Assembly (NCBI GenBank): GCA_018818205.1
Contig: JAHISJ010000013.1
Coordinates: 16,661 to 80,660 of the forward strand
Length of the DNA: 64,000 bases
Direction: 5' to 3'
From: Patescibacteria group bacterium
GTDB taxonomy: Bacteria; Patescibacteriota; JABMPQ01; JAHIRA01
Positions 59,925 through 64,000 of this stretch are shown here, one piece after another (the stretch's first letter is position 1; each line of letters opens with the position of its first letter). The notes below the pieces were generated by a model. The model saw only the letters and a program-made list of their open reading frames with translations. It was not told where the DNA came from and did no database searches. Position numbers and translations under genes: made by a program.

Positions 59925-61380
59925 TTTTACGGCTTGTTATTTTCTTAAAAATATCAATACTCTCAAGGAGTATTGATTTGTCAAAAAGTACTGCACAACC
60001 AAAGTAGATAAAAATTGAAACGACAATAATTACCAGGAGAATATAGATACTTGAAATAGTCATATTGTATTTTAACACTGTCAAAGAAATTCCCATTATA
60101 ATGCTTGGGAAAGAAATTCTTATCAGCAACATTAATGATTTTTTGATTCCTTCTTCAATAATTTTTGAACCATAATATAAGCTAATGAAGAATTGAACAA
60201 TAACAGGTAATGTTAATGCCAAGGCTGTGCCTTGCATACCATAAGACTTTGTTAACGGGTAGATTATTATTGCCATTAAGAGTAGTTGAAATAGAATAAT
60301 TCTAGAAAAAAGCTTGGTTTTTCCAACGGCCTTAATGACATCATGGACTACCCAAGTTATGGATCTAAGACATCCGTAAACAGAAATTATTTGGAGAGCA
60401 GGAATCATGGGGAGCCATTTTTCGCCAAAAACATATTTTGTGATTTCAGGAGCAAGGATTATCATTCCAACTGAAATGGGGATAGCAAGTAAGGCAATAA
60501 ATTGGATATTCTTATAGTAGGCTGACCTTAACACTTTTATATCGTTTCTGATTTTTGAAAAAGCTGGGAAAGATACTTGTTGAACAACTGCTGAAATACT
60601 AAGAGCAGGTAAGTTCGCGAGATTATATGAAAGGGTATAGTAACCTAAATCAACAGAACCTTTCATTCTACCAAGAACAAATTTATCACCTTGATCAATT
60701 GCTGTTAGAAAGATATCAGATTTAATAAGGTGTTTTCCATAGTTGAAAATTTGACTAAAAACTTTTTTGTCAAATGTTTGACTAGGTTTCCAAGGAGAAA
60801 GAATAAAAAACAAAATAGTATTTATCAAAACTCCTGATAAGTTACCAATAACAAGACTCCAAACGTGGAAATTATTTAGAGCAAGAACGACAGTAATGAG
60901 AATTGAAGAAATTGATGAAACTACCGTTGTCACTGAGATCCAGAAGAACTTAAATTTCTTTTGTAAAAGAGCCAAGCTTGTAAGTCCAAGATAATGAAGG
61001 ATAAATTGAAAAGAAAGAACTTGAATAACTAGCTTTGATTCCGGGCTTTTAAAAAAGTCTGCCAAATAAGGTGCTAGAAAAAACGTTAAGCTTGTATATA
61101 GAAGGCCAAGGATGACGTTAATATAAAAAACAGTATCAGCTGCTATTTTTATTTTCTCTCTTTGAAATATTAACGCATCTTTTATTCCAAGATTTCCAAG
61201 TATGCCAACAAAAGCAATTATGGTAGTCGCAATTGCAATTAACCCAAAATCATTTGGGTTAAGGATTCTCGCTAAAATTATTCCTGAAATCACAATAGCT
61301 GACTTTTGTATCAAGTGTGCGATTCCAACCCAAAAATAGCTTTTGGCAACTGTTGTCTTTAGTGACTTGATCTTATCCAT
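59902..61380 (-). CDS. Wzx flippase (WzxC/PST type)
   Basis: LARILNPNDFG, DKFVLG, LGYY, FPAFS, GEKW; about 14 TMs. Confidence 0.92.
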   Translation of the reverse strand: MDKIKSLKTTVAKSYFWVGIAHLIQKSAIVISGIILARILNPNDFGLIAIATTIIAFVGILGNLGIKDALIFQREKIKIAADTVFYINVILGLLYTSLTFFLAPYLADFFKSPESKLVIQVLSFQFILHYLGLTSLALLQKKFKFFWISVTTVVSSISSILITVVLALNNFHVWSLVIGNLSGVLINTILFFILSPWKPSQTFDKKVFSQIFNYGKHLIKSDIFLTAIDQGDKFVLGRMKGSVDLGYYTLSYNLANLPALSISAVVQQVSFPAFSKIRNDIKVLRSAYYKNIQFIALLAIPISVGMIILAPEITKYVFGEKWLPMIPALQIISVYGCLRSITWVVHDVIKAVGKTKLFSRIILFQLLLMAIIIYPLTKSYGMQGTALALTLPVIVQFFISLYYGSKIIEEGIKKSLMLLIRISFPSIIMGISLTVLKYNMTISSIYILLVIIVVSIFIYFGCAVLFDKSILLESIDIFKKITSRKNDQPKQV

Positions 61381-61388
61381 GGCTTCTC

Positions 61389-61601
61389 TTACCTCTTCTT
61401 AAATATCAACATCACCCCAAAAAACAACACAATATACTTCAGAATATTCAAATCAAAATAGTCACTAATAAATCCCGGATTTAACGTATCAATAAGTAAA
61501 AATACAATAAAGGTGATACACGCTATAATAAAACAAAAAGTCGTGATATCAAAAATAAATGTAAGTGTAGGATTATCTGATTGTTCTTTGCTGTCCATCA
61601 T
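61389..61601 (-). CDS. small two-TM membrane protein
   Basis: ATGA-coupled to the upstream gene; IDTLNPGFISDYFDLN loop. Confidence 0.7.
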   Translation of the reverse strand: MMDSKEQSDNPTLTFIFDITTFCFIIACITFIVFLLIDTLNPGFISDYFDLNILKYIVLFFGVMLIFKKR

Positions 61602-62452
61602 ATCTTAAAGAATTTTCTTGCTTTAGTTATCACTTTCTCAAAGGTGAGCGGTTCTTTTTCTAATGTAATCTTAATTTCTGCAATTTCAATTTCACTGTCT
61701 TTCTCTTTTAAACCCGGTGCTGCAAGCATGAATCTGATAGTGTTTTTGTTGTCAACGTAAGCATTTTTGTAGTCGAACGTATTTTTGGCAACGGTCCAAC
61801 CATTAACGTTGTCTGGGGGAGTGTAGTGTGCAAGAATATAGTCAATTCCCTCCAAATCGACGTTGTGCCTTAGAGGACTTATTAGTGTTGGCTCAATCTT
61901 TTCCTTAGGTACGTATTTTGTTATATCAAAATTGTATACTAGTATTCGCTTGTCATTTGGATAGTTAGTGTAAAATTCTTCAAGAGAGGAAAAGTCATTG
62001 TTTTTCTGGTATAAAGTTCCTTCTGGCCCTTCGACTTTGTTCCAGTCACTGGTATTAAGTAGTTTTGACTCAAGAGGGAGTTTTTTGTAGTTATCCTTAT
62101 CATTGATTCTGAGTCCCAGATCAAAAATGGTAGCGCCTGGATTTTTGTAGGTAATCTGAACCGTTATTTTCTCAAAAGGGTCCTTTTTTTCTAAATCAAA
62201 ATAGACTGCATCGTCATGCATTTTCTGAAAATAGATCCCATCTTGCTCCAAAATAGGGGAGAGTCGTTCCCAAGGCTCAAGGTGGGAAATAAGTGCGTTA
62301 TCCTCGCTAAAATCGTATACAAGCTCTCTTTTGCCTGAGAATACGAAATTTTTTTCTAAAATCCAAAAAAGAAGCAGGATTGGTAGTATGCAAATGACTA
62401 CTTTTAGCGCAATAGACAGTATTTTGAGCGACTTACTTTGTCGTTTTTCCAT
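61598..62452 (-). CDS. membrane-anchored extracytoplasmic hypothetical protein
   Basis: Single N-terminal TM, beta-rich body; own promoter. Confidence 0.8.
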   Translation of the reverse strand: MEKRQSKSLKILSIALKVVICILPILLLFWILEKNFVFSGKRELVYDFSEDNALISHLEPWERLSPILEQDGIYFQKMHDDAVYFDLEKKDPFEKITVQITYKNPGATIFDLGLRINDKDNYKKLPLESKLLNTSDWNKVEGPEGTLYQKNNDFSSLEEFYTNYPNDKRILVYNFDITKYVPKEKIEPTLISPLRHNVDLEGIDYILAHYTPPDNVNGWTVAKNTFDYKNAYVDNKNTIRFMLAAPGLKEKDSEIEIAEIKITLEKEPLTFEKVITKARKFFKI

Positions 62453-62458
62453 ATACTT

Positions 62459-62486
62459 ATTATACGGGTTTTTAGGTGAAATCCAA
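62459..62486 (-). promoter_or_regulatory. sigma70 promoter, probably leaderless
   Basis: Minus strand TTGGAT (62486-62481), 16-bp spacer, TATAAT (62464-62459), 6 nt to ATG 62452. Confidence 0.65.
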
Positions 62487-62540
62487 GGTTTCTTTTGTGA
62501 AAAGTAGGGTATGAAGCAGCGTGATCTTACTCATAAATAG

Positions 62541-62588
62541 TCTGTCATCCCGGATCAGTCTTTCCGAAGACTGATCCGGGATGACAGA
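62541..62588. repeat. perfect 22-bp inverted repeat, same REP family as 5646-5756
   Basis: TCTGTCATCCCGGATCAGTCTT-tccg-AAGACTGATCCGGGATGACAGA. Confidence 0.9.
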
Positions 62589-62649
62589 TAGTTTATTGTA
62601 TTTCGGTGCCTACTGGGGTTATAGGATGGTAGGCTTACTATTTTTTCTC

Positions 62650-62678
62650 TTGAAAAGCATCAAGAATTATGCTAGAGT
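62650..62678 (+). promoter_or_regulatory. sigma70 promoter, extended -10
   Basis: TTGAAA 62650-62655, 17-bp spacer ending TGc, TAGAGT 62673-62678; ATG at 62688. Confidence 0.65.
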
Positions 62679-62687
62679 ATTAGCAAT

Positions 62688-64000
62688 ATGTCAACTATCA
62701 AACATGCGTCAAAAAATGCGCTCTGGCTTACGATTGCAGAAATTGTTGCCAAGGTTGTTGCGTTTATTTCAGTTATTCTAATCACGCGCTATTTAACCAA
62801 AGATTCCTTTGGACAATACACGTTTGTCATGTCTATGGGTATTATCTTTGGTGTTTTGGCCAATTTTGGCTTTGGGGTGTACGTCACCAGAGAAATAGCA
62901 AGAAGTAAAGAGAAAGCAGGGAAGATTGTGGGGAATTTGCTTTCACTAAAGCTTATTCTCTCGGGTGTGGTGCTGGTTTTACTTTTTCTTACTGCGCAGT
63001 TCTTAGATAAACCTTCGTACGTTGTTATTGCAATTTACGTTGTTAGTTTCTTGACAGTGTTTGATGCACTGAGGTCTTTTTTAGGTGGCGTGTTTCAAGC
63101 CTATGAAAAAATGGGCTATTTGGCCGTAGTCAAGGTAGGGGAGCGACTTCTCTACTTAGTACTTGTGCTTGTTGCTATTTATCTCGATAAAGGCATTGTT
63201 TTTATAGTCGGGTCTGCTGCTGCAGCATCCTTTATTTTTGCGCTCGTTTCTTTTGCTCTTGTTCATTACAAATTTACTCCAATCAGGCTCAGATGGGACA
63301 AGGTTTTTATCTTACAGATTTTGCTTGGCACCGTCTTTTTCCTTATTAACGATATATTCATTGTTGTCTTTTTTAGAATCGACACTGTGATGCTTTCACT
63401 TATGACGAGTGATGCGCTTACGGCAACGTATAGTGCAGCCTATAACCTGATTTACGCGGTTACCTTTATCCCTGGAGTCCTTTCTGCGGTATTATTTCCC
63501 GTTCTTACGCGATTCTACAAGACCAATAAAGATGTTTTTAAAAGCAATCTTACCCTCATTTTCAAGTACTTTATGCTTGTGTCTCTTCCGGTCATGGCAT
63601 TTTTTATTATTTTTTCTGAAAAGCTTATTGTTATTATTTACAAAGAGAAGTATATAGATTCAGTACCGATATTTCAGCTGTTGACGTTTGGGCTTGGCTT
63701 TGTCTTTTTGAACTTTATTTTTAGTACCATTTTGAACACGGTAAATAAGCAAAAATTGGTAGCTGCATCATCGTTTATTGCTATGATATTAAACATTGTT
63801 TTAAATTTTATCCTTATTCCTCAGTTCACTATGTATGGTGCAGCGGTAGCAACAATTATTACCGAATTCACTTTTTGCCTTGCCTTAGCACTATTTGTCC
63901 ATAAACAGTTTAAGATAGTAAATACTGTTATTCTAAAAAAGCTTTTGTTTGTTTGCATTTCACTAGTGGTTGCTATTGTCTGTGCGTATATTGCTCGGTT
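62688..64000 (+). CDS. Wzx-type flippase (runs off the window; absent from the ORF track)
   Basis: MSTIKHASKNALWLTIAEIVAKVVAFISVILITRYLTKDSFGQY...NFGFGVYVTREIAR...RIDTVML...YSAAY...LFP...LIPQF..YGAA. Confidence 0.88.
   Translation, partial: MSTIKHASKNALWLTIAEIVAKVVAFISVILITRYLTKDSFGQYTFVMSMGIIFGVLANFGFGVYVTREIARSKEKAGKIVGNLLSLKLILSGVVLVLLFLTAQFLDKPSYVVIAIYVVSFLTVFDALRSFLGGVFQAYEKMGYLAVVKVGERLLYLVLVLVAIYLDKGIVFIVGSAAAASFIFALVSFALVHYKFTPIRLRWDKVFILQILLGTVFFLINDIFIVVFFRIDTVMLSLMTSDALTATYSAAYNLIYAVTFIPGVLSAVLFPVLTRFYKTNKDVFKSNLTLIFKYFMLVSLPVMAFFIIFSEKLIVIIYKEKYIDSVPIFQLLTFGLGFVFLNFIFSTILNTVNKQKLVAASSFIAMILNIVLNFILIPQFTMYGAAVATIITEFTFCLALALFVHKQFKIVNTVILKKLLFVCISLVVAIVCAYIAR

Noticed and set aside
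62581-62781. 66-aa ORF
   Set aside because: It starts inside the palindrome and crosses the promoter and start of the real flippase gene in another frame.

Overview
The whole window is one large, mosaic cell-surface glycan locus. The host is probably a Patescibacteria/CPR (Parcubacteria-like) bacterium; this is an inference from the protein repeat types, the scarcity of Shine-Dalgarno sites and several leaderless sigma70 promoters. TGA is used as a stop, so the code is 11. Nucleotide-sugar genes: rmlC/B/D/A, galE-like, uxs, ugd, UDP-GlcA 4-epimerase, gmd, rmd-like and wecE, with metK embedded among them. Transferases: about 18 GT2/GT4 genes or fragments, an O-antigen ligase/polymerase-like protein, three lipid-phosphate-sugar synthase-like GT2s and four GT-C-like membrane proteins. 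Export: a Wzm/Wzt ABC pair, two Wzx flippases and an SMR-type flippase. A 1273-aa FkbM-GT2-coiled coil-GT2-GT4 fusion follows wzt. Three secreted proteins are interleaved: a clan GH-A hydrolase with FG-GAP repeats, a lysozyme-like protein with CPR-type repeats, and a myxobacterial-type Cys-rich LamG lipoprotein. Other elements are a KilA-N gene, an IS200 that joins halves of two different genes, a decayed methyltransferase and several REP/REPIN-like palindromes. No rRNA, tRNA or CRISPR array was seen. All family calls come from reading motifs by eye, not from database searches.
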